Source: Nannocystis pusilla (GTDB lineage Bacteria > Myxococcota_A > Polyangia > Nannocystales > Nannocystaceae). Taken from it: a stretch of DNA of 64,000 bases. The position numbers were made by a program, and so were the translations under genes. The stretch's first letter is position 1, and each line of letters starts with the position of its first letter. Shown here piece after piece: positions 21,903 through 33,179 of this stretch. The notes beneath the pieces are model-generated. The model worked only from the letters and a program-made list of their open reading frames with translations, did no database searches and had not been told where the DNA came from. The DNA lies in NCBI RefSeq assembly GCF_051105105.1, contig NZ_CP185339.1, one strand, 5' to 3'.

Positions 21903-23177
21903 GTGCCGACGAATACCTTCGCCTATCCTAACCTGGTCTCGGAGCCAGGTCCGCTCCCGCTCCGCTCGCAGCTCGACCACGACTTCACCGACGCGCTGGC
22001 CCATATCGCCCGGATCCGCACCCGCCGCCGCCTGGAGCGAGACCCGGTGTTCCGCACGATCCGCCCGCAGCTGGAGCGGGTCCTCCGCGGCTTCGAGTGG
22101 GACCTCGAGCCGACGCTCGGCCACTCGCTGGCGCCGCAACGTCCGGGGATCGTCCGCGCGGTCGCCTGGAACGTCGAGCGCGGCAAGCGCTTCGAAGGCC
22201 TCCACACGCTGCTGACCTCCGACCCCGAGCTGTCGGCGGCCGACCTGCTGCTGCTGACCGAGGTCGACATCGGCATGGGCCGCTCGGGCAACCGCAACGT
22301 GCCGAAGGAGCTCGCCCACGCGCTCGGCATGGGCTACGTGTTCGCCAACTATCACCTCGTGCTGGTCGAGGGCGACCGCGGCGAGCGCGGCCACGGCGTG
22401 CCCAACACCAAGGCGATGCACGGCTGCGCCCTGCTGACCCGCTTCCCGGTGCTCCGCTTCGAGGCGGTCGAGCTGCAGGAGCGGCGCGACAAGTTCCACG
22501 CGACGGAGAAGCGGATCGGCAACAAGCGCGCGCTGCTGTGCGAGCTGCTGCTGCCCGACGGGCCGCTGACGGTCGCGCTGGTCCACCTCGATCCGTTCGC
22601 CGGACCCCGCGACCGCGCCCGCGACATCCGCGAGATCGTCGCCCGCCTGCGCGAGTTCGGCGGCGAACGCATGCTCCTCGGCGGCGACCTCAACACCAAC
22701 ACCTACGACCTCAGCAGCGGCCGCGGCCTGGCCTACAACTTCTTCTACAAGCTGACGCGCTTCGGCATCGAGGGCATGGCGGCCCAGTACATGAAGCCGG
22801 AGGAGCACTTCGAGCGGGCGGTGTTCGCGGCGATGCGCGACGGCGGGTTCGAGATCGACGGCTTCAACGACTTCACCCGCGGCACCATCTACTACGACAT
22901 CTACGACCCCGAGATCTTCCGCAAGGCGCTCGACTACATGCCCAAGGCGATGCGCCGGGTGATGTGGACGTACCTCGAGCGCCGCCTGGCGCCGTGGGGC
23001 GGGCGCGTGCCGCTGCGCGTCGACTGGTTCGCCGGCAAGGGCCTGCGCCCGCGCGAGCCGCAGGTGATCGAGCGCCCGGTCGCCGAGGGCAAGCTGGTGT
23101 CCGACCACAACCCGATCCTCGTCGACCTCGAGCTCGGGACCGAGGCGCCGGACCCGGGCGAAGAGACCGACGAGTGA
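21903..23177 (+). CDS. endonuclease/exonuclease/phosphatase (EEP) family protein
   Basis: EEP catalytic blocks (WNVERG, LLTEVD, SDHNPI). Confidence 0.65.
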   Translation: MPTNTFAYPNLVSEPGPLPLRSQLDHDFTDALAHIARIRTRRRLERDPVFRTIRPQLERVLRGFEWDLEPTLGHSLAPQRPGIVRAVAWNVERGKRFEGLHTLLTSDPELSAADLLLLTEVDIGMGRSGNRNVPKELAHALGMGYVFANYHLVLVEGDRGERGHGVPNTKAMHGCALLTRFPVLRFEAVELQERRDKFHATEKRIGNKRALLCELLLPDGPLTVALVHLDPFAGPRDRARDIREIVARLREFGGERMLLGGDLNTNTYDLSSGRGLAYNFFYKLTRFGIEGMAAQYMKPEEHFERAVFAAMRDGGFEIDGFNDFTRGTIYYDIYDPEIFRKALDYMPKAMRRVMWTYLERRLAPWGGRVPLRVDWFAGKGLRPREPQVIERPVAEGKLVSDHNPILVDLELGTEAPDPGEETDE

Positions 23178-23255
23178 GCGGGGCTCGCGTGCTCGATCGG
23201 GCATGCCTGTGAGAGCATGTTCGATCGGGCATGGCATTCGGGACATGTCTGAAGA

Positions 23256-24284
23256 TCACGGCGGGCGGTAGGCGCCGAGCCAGGCGCGGGCGTTGCCGCC
23301 GAGGACGCGGGAGACGGCGGGCTCGGGGAGCGCGAGGCCGTGGTAGACGCCGGGGGTGAGCGCGCCGATCCGGGCGGCGTGGCGCCAGAACTCGAACCGC
23401 TCGCGCTCGAGCAGGCCGAGGTTGGCGGCGAGCTGCAGGTCCCAGGCGCGCGGGGCGTCGAGGTCGCCGGGGCCCTCGCGCGCGGTGACGAGGTCGGAGC
23501 CGAACAAGAACCGCTCGGGCTGGATCTCGATGAGGGCGCGCAGCCGGTCCCGATCCTCCTCGATGGCGGTGAAGCCGTCGACGCCGGGCAGGCCGGCGCC
23601 GTGGCTGGTGTCGACGCGCAGCCGCGGGAACTCGCGCAGGAGGCCGGCGAGGCGATCGAGATCGGTCCGGCTGCCGCACAGGTGCGCGCAGACCAGCTCG
23701 AGGCGCGGGTGGGCCTGCAACACGCGGGCGAGCTCGTCGCGGTAGCGCACGGTGTTGACGTGGACGAGCACGGGCACCGAGCGCTGCTCGAGCCATTCGA
23801 ACAGGGAGGCGTGGGCCGGATCGTCGAGCGGGCGGGCGTGCAGCTTCTGGTGGCCGAAGTACAGCTTGACGCCGCGAGCCCCGCGCTGAAACCACCGCTC
23901 GAGCGCGGGGATGTCGACCTCGGCCGGCTCGACGGCGACGAACGGGAACAGGCGCGCGCGGTGGGCCGTGGTGGCGGCGAGCAGGGCGTCGTTGGCCTCG
24001 CGCCAGCCGTGCATGCGCGCGTCGGGGCCAGGAGCGAGGCCGAGCGCGGGATCGAGGTGCGGCGAGGCGATCACGACGGCGGCGGCGATGGCGTTGCGAT
24101 CGAGGGCGGCGAGCAGCTCGTCGACTGCGTCGCCGACGAGGTGGACGTGGACGTCGACGCGGTCGCGCGCGGGGGGGTCGTCGTCGACGCCGGTGGTCCC
24201 GGTCGGCGTCGGGACGCCGCAGGTGATCGCCAGGCCGGCGAGCAGCGCGATCGTGAGGCGTCCCGCGGAGGCTTCAGCACTCAC
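23256..24284 (-). CDS. amidohydrolase-2 family (TIM-barrel metal-dependent hydrolase) lipoprotein
   Basis: Lipobox LAITCG and a VHVHLVGD-type metal-binding N-terminus. Confidence 0.6.
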   Translation of the reverse strand: MSAEASAGRLTIALLAGLAITCGVPTPTGTTGVDDDPPARDRVDVHVHLVGDAVDELLAALDRNAIAAAVVIASPHLDPALGLAPGPDARMHGWREANDALLAATTAHRARLFPFVAVEPAEVDIPALERWFQRGARGVKLYFGHQKLHARPLDDPAHASLFEWLEQRSVPVLVHVNTVRYRDELARVLQAHPRLELVCAHLCGSRTDLDRLAGLLREFPRLRVDTSHGAGLPGVDGFTAIEEDRDRLRALIEIQPERFLFGSDLVTAREGPGDLDAPRAWDLQLAANLGLLERERFEFWRHAARIGALTPGVYHGLALPEPAVSRVLGGNARAWLGAYRPP

Positions 24285-24903
24285 ACTCGTCCTCGCCTTC
24301 GTAGCTGCGGATCTCGACGCTCAGGCGATACGGATACTCGGCGGTCGCGGTGTCGCTGTGGACGCGGACCAGCAGGGTGCCGGCGTAGTCGTCGCCGTAA
24401 CCACCGAGCGCGAGCACGCCGCCGTCGGCCGTCTGCGCGGTCAAGGGCTCGTGCGTGTCGGCGCGGTAGACCTCGACGGTCATGGCGTTGCCGGGGCCGG
24501 GCGGGATCACGGTCTCCCCGCACGCGGCTCCGCACAGGCCGGCGTCCCTCACCAAAGCGCGCACGTAGAGGTAGTGGAGGCCGTAACCGAGGCTGGCAAC
24601 GTCGAAGCGGTACCAGTCGTCCTCGCCGGGGCAGAGGTAGGCGTCGGTGACCTCGTGGTAGGCGGACCACTCGCTGACGCTGCCCCAGGCGACGTCGGTC
24701 GGATCGTCGGGCTCGTCGTTGGGCTCCCAGGCGTCGTTGAGCGGGCAGGCGGCGCCGCCGGTGGTCGAGGCGGCGGTGGTGGTGCCGGGTTCGTCGCCGT
24801 CCCGCGGCGCGAGGTCGCAGGCGGCGAGCGCGGAGAGGATGGCGACATGTCGCAAGAGACAGGTCGAGCGCGCGGCGGCCGAGGTCGGAGCTGGCGTGGT
24901 CAT
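24274..24903 (-). CDS. small lipoprotein with pre-peptidase C-terminal (PPC)-like domain
   Basis: Lipobox LSALAAC; motifs EPNDEPDDPTDV and DDWYRFDV. The upstream N-terminal extension in the track ORF is spurious. Confidence 0.5.
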   Translation of the reverse strand: MTTPAPTSAAARSTCLLRHVAILSALAACDLAPRDGDEPGTTTAASTTGGAACPLNDAWEPNDEPDDPTDVAWGSVSEWSAYHEVTDAYLCPGEDDWYRFDVASLGYGLHYLYVRALVRDAGLCGAACGETVIPPGPGNAMTVEVYRADTHEPLTAQTADGGVLALGGYGDDYAGTLLVRVHSDTATAEYPYRLSVEIRSYEGEDECEC

Positions 24904-24920
24904 CGGTGATCCAGGGTTCA

Positions 24921-24938
24921 GGCAAACGTGGACCCCGG
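24921..24938 (-). promoter_or_regulatory. candidate sigma-54 promoter (minus strand GGGGTCCACGTTTGC: GG and TTGC at -24/-12 spacing) about 18 nt upstream of the PPC-lipoprotein start
   Basis: Spacing and the -12 TTGC match the consensus; the -24 element is imperfect. Confidence 0.25.
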
Positions 24939-25058
24939 ACCACGCCCGGCAATCGAGGTCGGTCGCGCAGACCGAGGCGAGGGGACAGTCGTAGGTCCGG
25001 CGACGAAGGGACCGGGCGAGCCGCGAACGCAGGCGCAGGCGCCGCCCCGCGGGGGAGC

Positions 25059-25300
25059 GAGAATCGGATGTCCGAAGGGACAGATGGCGAGCTGGAGAGC
25101 GCCGCGCCTCGAGGATGTCCGAAGGGGCAGGCGATCCACCTGGACGATGACGGGTGGATCTGCGCGCTCGGGATGTCCGGAGAGACAGAGGGAGGCGACA
25201 GCGGCCGGAGCGCGAGATGTCCGAAGCGACATGTCGAGCGCGGCCGCGGCCGGAGCGCGTGCGAGATGTCCGAAGAGACATGCCGCGGGCGACCGCGAGG
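25059..25300. repeat. tandem array of five imperfect about 20-bp inverted-repeat units (consensus CGRGATGTCCGAAGRGACAG, i.e. TGTCC-N4-GGACA) at 44-58 bp periodicity; not CRISPR
   Basis: Units start near 25066, 25112, 25170, 25214 and 25262. The stretches between them share sequence (gcggccggagcg). Confidence 0.5.
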
Positions 25301-25330
25301 AACGGCGCGAGGGGCGTCGGCTCGCGCGAC
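25299..25330 (-). terminator. hairpin terminator candidate downstream of the flotillin gene (12-bp stem cgaggggcgtcg / cgacgcccctcg, 8-nt loop)
   Basis: Seen directly in the sequence. Confidence 0.4.
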
Positions 25331-25354
25331 GCCCCTCGTGGGCCGCTGCGGCGC

Positions 25355-26923
<1,569 letters not shown>

Positions 26924-26949
26924 CGTTCGACTCCTGCGCGAGAATCCCT

Positions 26950-26966
26950 AGCAGCCGGCGTGCCAG
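26950..26966 (-). promoter_or_regulatory. sigma-54 promoter (minus strand TGGCACGCCGGCTGCT; GG-N10-GC) driving the flotillin gene
   Basis: Near-consensus TGGCAC-N5-cTGCT; predicted start point about 16 nt upstream of the ATG, with an AGGAG RBS in between. Confidence 0.5.
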
Positions 26967-27107
26967 CCGCCGTGACGGGCCCGCGGCGGAGTCGTCGCGC
27001 GGATGAACGGGGAATGTAGCCGTCGCGACACGAGCGGGGGTGCATCAAAACGAGGCAGGTGGATCGTTACGATGCACCTGCAGCGAACGGCCGCCGCGGG
27101 CCCGCGG

Positions 27108-28658
27108 TCAGGCGCGGATCTTGAGGGTCTTGATCTTGCGCAGGAGGGTGGCGCGGCCGATGCCCATGGCCCGGGCGGCGCCGCTGCGGTTGCCGTCGTG
27201 GGCGGCCAGCACGGCCTCGATGTAGAGCTTCTCCATCTCGTTCCACGACAGGCGGGCGAGGTCTGCCCCGCCACGCCCGGCCTTGCGGCCCGCGGCCGGG
27301 AGCTCGCGCGGATCGGCGGGCAGAGGCAGGTCGGCGACCTCGATGGCGTCGCCGACGCTGAGGACGACCGCGCCCTCGATGCAGTTCTCGAGCTCGCGGA
27401 TGTTGCCGGGCCAGCTGTGCGCGTGCAGCCGCGCGAGCGCGGGCGGGGAGAAGCGCACGACCTGCTTGTTGTGGCGCTGGGCGAAGCCGGCCAGGAAGTG
27501 ATAGGCGAGCTGCTCGAGGTCCTCGGGCCCGCGCTCGCGCAGCGGCGGCATGGCCAGCGAGAGCACGCGCAGGCGGTAGTAGAGGTCCTCGCGGAAGCGC
27601 TGGCGGGCGACCATGTCCTCGAGGTTGCGGTTGGTGGCGGCGAGGATCCGGACGTCGACCTTGAGGGTCTTGCGCCCGCCGACCCGCTCGAACTCGCGGT
27701 CCTGCAGGACGCGCAGCAGCTTGCTCTGGAGCGTGAGCGGGACCTCGCCCAGCTCGTCGAGGAAGACGGTGCCGCCGTCGGCGGCCTCGAACTTGCCGAC
27801 GCTGCGCTGGTCGGCGCCGGTGTACGCGCCGCGCTCGTGGCCGAAGAGCTCGTTTTCGATCAAGGTGGCCGGCAGCGAGGCGCAGTCGACGGCGACGAAC
27901 GGCCGCCCGGCGCGCGGGCTGTTGTAGTGGATCGCCCGCGCGATCAGACCCTTGCCGGTGCCGGTCTCGCCGGTGATGAGGACGGTCGCGTCGGTGCCCG
28001 CCGCCCGTGTCACGAGATCGTAGACGCGTCTCATCCGCGCGCCGCCGCCGACCACGCCGTTGAAGCGGTAGCGCAGCGGTCCGCCGGTGGGGGCCCGCAG
28101 CTGGCCGTAAAGACTGGTGCTCTCGACCAGCATGGCGACCTGGCTGGCGAGCGCGCGCAGCAGGGCCTCGTCGTCGTCGTCGAAGGCGGCGCCCTTCTTG
28201 TTGAGGAGCTGGAGGACGCCGAGGATCTCGCCGGCGCGATCGAGGACCGGGACGCACAGCATCGAGCGCGTGGCGTAGTTGGTGGCGCGATCGATGGCGC
28301 CGTAAAACCGCGGGTCGCCCTCGGTGTGCGAGAGGTTGATGGCCTCGCCGGTGCGCGCGACGTGGCCGGCGATGCCCTGGCCGACCTTGAGACGGATCTC
28401 GCGCAGCTCCGGCAGGTGCGCGGCCTTGCTGAACAGCTCGCCCCGGGCCCGATCGACCAGGTAGAAGGTGCCGCGGTCGGCGTCCATGGCCCGGGTGACG
28501 GTGTCGATGACCTGCGCCAGCAAGGCGTCGAGGTCGACCTCGCGGCGCACGAGCTCGCCGAGCGCGAACAGCACGCTGTCGCGATCGACCCGCGTGCGCC
28601 GCGGCGGCGTCTCCCCGGTGCTCGGCTTCGCCGGTCTCTTGCGCGCTGCTGGCTCCAT
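27108..28658 (-). CDS. sigma-54-dependent transcriptional activator (GAF sensor + AAA+ sigma-54 interaction domain + Fis-type HTH)
   Basis: GAF domain, Walker A GETGTGKG, the GAFTGA-like block ERGAYTGA, ESELFGHE-like motif and a C-terminal HTH. Confidence 0.8.
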   Translation of the reverse strand: MEPAARKRPAKPSTGETPPRRTRVDRDSVLFALGELVRREVDLDALLAQVIDTVTRAMDADRGTFYLVDRARGELFSKAAHLPELREIRLKVGQGIAGHVARTGEAINLSHTEGDPRFYGAIDRATNYATRSMLCVPVLDRAGEILGVLQLLNKKGAAFDDDDEALLRALASQVAMLVESTSLYGQLRAPTGGPLRYRFNGVVGGGARMRRVYDLVTRAAGTDATVLITGETGTGKGLIARAIHYNSPRAGRPFVAVDCASLPATLIENELFGHERGAYTGADQRSVGKFEAADGGTVFLDELGEVPLTLQSKLLRVLQDREFERVGGRKTLKVDVRILAATNRNLEDMVARQRFREDLYYRLRVLSLAMPPLRERGPEDLEQLAYHFLAGFAQRHNKQVVRFSPPALARLHAHSWPGNIRELENCIEGAVVLSVGDAIEVADLPLPADPRELPAAGRKAGRGGADLARLSWNEMEKLYIEAVLAAHDGNRSGAARAMGIGRATLLRKIKTLKIRA

Positions 28659-28815
28659 CCGGCCAGTGTATCAGAATGAGACGGTGGCTCAAACCGAGGC
28701 GTGCGTTCCCGCGCTGCAGTGAAGACAGCGCTGGAGCCGCGCGCGCGGGCGACGGAGCGGCTGGGCGCGGATGCAGGCGTTGACGCCCGCGCGAGCCGTT
28801 CGCGATAAAATCGCC

Positions 28816-29691
28816 ATGATGAAGTCGGGACGCGCGAAGGTGCTGGGGAGGACTGCGCTCGTCGGCGCGCTGCTGATCGCAGGCTGCGGCGACGACGGGA
28901 TGGGGAAAGAGACCGAGACCGCTCCGACCACGGAGCCGACGACGAGCACCGGGACCGACAGCGAGACGAGCACCGGGACCGCCACCGAGACGAGCACCGA
29001 CACGCCGACCACGACCGAGGGCGGCGAGAGCATGTGCAACCCGAAGATCCAGGACTGTCCCGAAGGCCAGAAGTGCGTGGCCTACGACTCGATGGCGACG
29101 AACTACTGGGACGCCAACAAGTGCGTCGACGAGCCGATGAACGCCGGCGCGGTCGGGGACCCGTGCAACATCGACATGGGCGAGTCGGTGTTCTCGGGGC
29201 TCGACAACTGCTCGAAGGGGACGATCTGCCTGAACTTCGACTTCGCCACCGGGCAGGGCGGGACCTGCACGGCGTACTGCGGCGAGGGCAACACGTGCGG
29301 AGAAGGCGAGCTCTGCCTCGAGTCGGCGAACGAGGGCGTGCTGCCGGTGTGCCTGCAGTCGTGCGACCCCCTGCTGCAAGACTGCGAAGACATGCAGGGC
29401 TGCTACGGTGACGTGTCGTTCGGCGGCTTCATCTGCTTCACCCCCGACCCCGGGGCCAACGTCGGCGACGACAACTCGCCGTGCGAGTACACCAACGCGT
29501 GCCTGGCCGGCTTCAGCTGCCAGGCCGCCGAGACGGTCGAAGGCTGCATGGGCGCGATGGGCTGCTGCACGCCCTTCTGCTCGGTGTCCGGCGGCGACGC
29601 CGACTGCGCCCCGTCGGAAGACTGCGTGCCGTTCTTCGCCAACCCACTGCCGGGTACCGACAACGTCGGTGTGTGCGTGATCCCAGCCTGA
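28816..29691 (+). CDS. Cys-rich secreted lipoprotein with Thr-rich linker
   Basis: Lipobox LLIAGCG and about 36 Cys in regularly spaced EGF-like patterns. A possible sigma-70 promoter (TTGACG ... GATAAAAT) lies just upstream. Confidence 0.5.
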   Translation: MMKSGRAKVLGRTALVGALLIAGCGDDGMGKETETAPTTEPTTSTGTDSETSTGTATETSTDTPTTTEGGESMCNPKIQDCPEGQKCVAYDSMATNYWDANKCVDEPMNAGAVGDPCNIDMGESVFSGLDNCSKGTICLNFDFATGQGGTCTAYCGEGNTCGEGELCLESANEGVLPVCLQSCDPLLQDCEDMQGCYGDVSFGGFICFTPDPGANVGDDNSPCEYTNACLAGFSCQAAETVEGCMGAMGCCTPFCSVSGGDADCAPSEDCVPFFANPLPGTDNVGVCVIPA

Positions 29692-29888
29692 GGTCGAGAG
29701 GTCGCACGTTCGAGGAGCCGCGAGAGTTGCTCGCTGCCCGGAGGCGACGTGGGCTCGAGCGAGCGGGGCGCGAGAGGTCGCGGTCGCTCGCTCAAGCCCC
29801 GCGAGGTCGAGCAGGGGCGACCAACGCAAAGAGCCGCGACGAAGATCGTCGCGGCTCTCGGAGCGCGCGTCGTGACGCGATGACGATC

Positions 29889-30272
29889 TCAGTTCGAGAT
29901 GCGCGCGGCCGGACGAGCGAAGATCCGGTCGAAGGCGTGCTGGACCTCCTCGGACATGTCGGTGAGGGCGCCGAAGCCGATGAGGTAGAAGGGACGGTCG
30001 CGGACGGTGACGCGCCAGACCTGCATCGGCTGGCCGTCGGTCAGCTCGTCGATCAGACCGGCGCGCAGGGTCGCGGGCTCCTCGACAAAGAGGGGAGCGA
30101 CCGCGGCGACGCGGCTGCCGAGGTCCTCGTCACCGGTGCCGGAGAGGCGCAGGCCCTCGCGGGTGGCGAGCGTGAGGTGCTCGAGGCCGGTCCGCTGGGC
30201 AACGGCCCGAAGGTAGAGATCCCCGGCGGTCCAGGGGGTTTCGCTGCGATCTTGGCGTCGTTCGTGCGTCAT
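29889..30272 (-). CDS. hypothetical protein, roadblock/LC7-like fold suspected
   Basis: Weak pattern similarity only. Its start overlaps the stop of the upstream antitoxin-like gene. Confidence 0.3.
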   Translation of the reverse strand: MTHERRQDRSETPWTAGDLYLRAVAQRTGLEHLTLATREGLRLSGTGDEDLGSRVAAVAPLFVEEPATLRAGLIDELTDGQPMQVWRVTVRDRPFYLIGFGALTDMSEEVQHAFDRIFARPAARISN

Positions 30273-30349
30273 CCGACAAAAACTCCGGTGTGGGTGATGT
30301 AGGATAACCGCCGACTTCGACGGGGACAAAATTTCGGCGGATCGCCGGC

Positions 30350-30553
30350 TCAACGCCGGCGGCGCGCGGTAAGGCGCTTCTCTGCCTTCGGCGAAGGTCC
30401 GAAGATTTCGCGCAGCACCCGATCCGCCGGGATGAGCTCGACCTCTTCGCGGTCCAGCTCCGCCATTCGCCGCTTCAGCGCCTTGCCCAGGGTGACCTCA
30501 TCCGCGTCCGTGAGCATTCGCGGCGGGCGGTCTGCAAAAGAATCGCTCGTCAT
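30350..30553 (-). CDS. putative addiction-module antitoxin component (TIGR02574-like)
   Basis: RRMAELDREEVELIPADRVLREI matches the family's conserved C-terminal block. Confidence 0.45.
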   Translation of the reverse strand: MTSDSFADRPPRMLTDADEVTLGKALKRRMAELDREEVELIPADRVLREIFGPSPKAEKRLTARRRR

Positions 30554-30567
30554 TGCGAATTCGTAGC

Positions 30568-30880
30568 ATGACGCGCGATGATGAGCTGGGAAAAAGAGTC
30601 GGGCTTCACCCGGAAGCCAGACGAGAAATCGAGGAGGCGAGCGCCTTCGCCGCCCGACTCGGGCCCGTACACCTGCGACGGCTCGAGCTGGCCATCCGCC
30701 AGGGCCTCGAAGCCATGGCACGATTCCCCCGCGCCTGGCCGCCGTATCTGTTTGGCACCCGGCGGTGTTTCCTCGTCGGGCTGCCGTACTTCTTCGTGTA
30801 CCGCAAGCGGCGGCGGGTCGAGGTGGTGGCGCTTTGCCATCACCGGCAACGGCCGGGGCTGTGGCGGCGGCGACTGTCAG
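30568..30880 (+). pseudogene. ParE/RelE-family toxin-like ORF, divergent from the antitoxin-like gene; no in-frame stop for over 1 kb, so probably degraded or affected by an indel
   Basis: LPYFFVYRKRRRVEVVALCHHRQRP matches the ParE C-terminal motif (YRv..v.IlRVlHgrrd). Confidence 0.4.
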
Positions 30881-31563
30881 AAGATTTGCCAGTCGATCGC
30901 CGGGTAGCCGAGGTCCTCGAGGGCGGCGTTGATGGCCGAGAACGGCCGGCTGCCGAGGAACTTCGGGCCCTTGCCGAGGATCGGCGAGGGGTGGGGGGCG
31001 ACCAGGATGCGGTGGCGGCGCTCGTCGATGAGGGCGGCCTTCTTCTTGGCGAAGTCACCCCACAGCGCGAACACCACCGGCTCGCCGCGGCTGCTCAGGG
31101 CGCGGATGACGGCGTCGGTGAACTTCTCCCAGCCCTTGTTCTTGTGCGAGCCGGGGGTGTGGGCGCGGACGGTGAGGACCGTGTTGAGCAGCAGGACTCC
31201 CTGCTCGGCCCACGATTGCAGGTTGCCGTGCGGGGGAATGCCCGCCCCGAGGTCGGCCGCGAGCTCCTTGAAGATGTTGGCCAGCGAGGCGGGCGGCTTG
31301 ACCCCGGGCAGCACCGAGAAGCACAGGCCGTGGGCCTGACCCTCGTCGTGGTACGGGTCCTGGCCGAGGATCACGACCTTGACCTGCTCGAACGGGGTCA
31401 ATTCGAAGGCGCGAAACACGTCTTCTTCGGGCGGATAAACCGTATTATTTTCGCGCTCATAGCCGACGAAGTCGACGAGGTCCTTGAAGTATGGCTTGGC
31501 CATCTCTTCGGCCAGCGCCGCGTGCCAGCTGCCGGGCAGGGTCCAGTTGCCGTAGCCGTACAT
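30877..31563 (-). CDS. ung: uracil-DNA glycosylase
   Basis: GQDPYH catalytic motif and HPSPLS-like block. True start MYGYGNW at 31563. Confidence 0.8.
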   Translation of the reverse strand: MYGYGNWTLPGSWHAALAEEMAKPYFKDLVDFVGYERENNTVYPPEEDVFRAFELTPFEQVKVVILGQDPYHDEGQAHGLCFSVLPGVKPPASLANIFKELAADLGAGIPPHGNLQSWAEQGVLLLNTVLTVRAHTPGSHKNKGWEKFTDAVIRALSSRGEPVVFALWGDFAKKKAALIDERRHRILVAPHPSPILGKGPKFLGSRPFSAINAALEDLGYPAIDWQIF

Positions 31564-31574
31564 GCAGCACCTCC

Positions 31575-33048
<1,474 letters not shown>

Positions 33049-33179
33049 GCCACAAGCCGTCGACCGCGTCGTCCTGCGCCTCTACGCGCGCGCCATTGCG
33101 GCGACTGCCGCCGGGTTTTGCCGAAGACGCGCAACACCGGGGGAAGGTGTGTTAACGTCACAGGGTCCCCCGAGAAGCC

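Noticed and set aside
25059-25300. Possible CRISPR array (five repeats separated by 25-40 bp)
   Set aside because: The repeat unit is only about 20 bp and imperfect. The stretches between units share sequence with each other. No cas genes or leader occur within 20 kb. It fits an array of regulator binding sites better.
28659-28815. Sigma-54 promoter for the Cys-rich lipoprotein divergent from the activator
   Set aside because: The best candidate (TGGCTC-N..-GGCG) has wrong spacing and no TTGC -12 element. A sigma-70-like TTGACG/TAAAAT pair is present instead, and only at low confidence.
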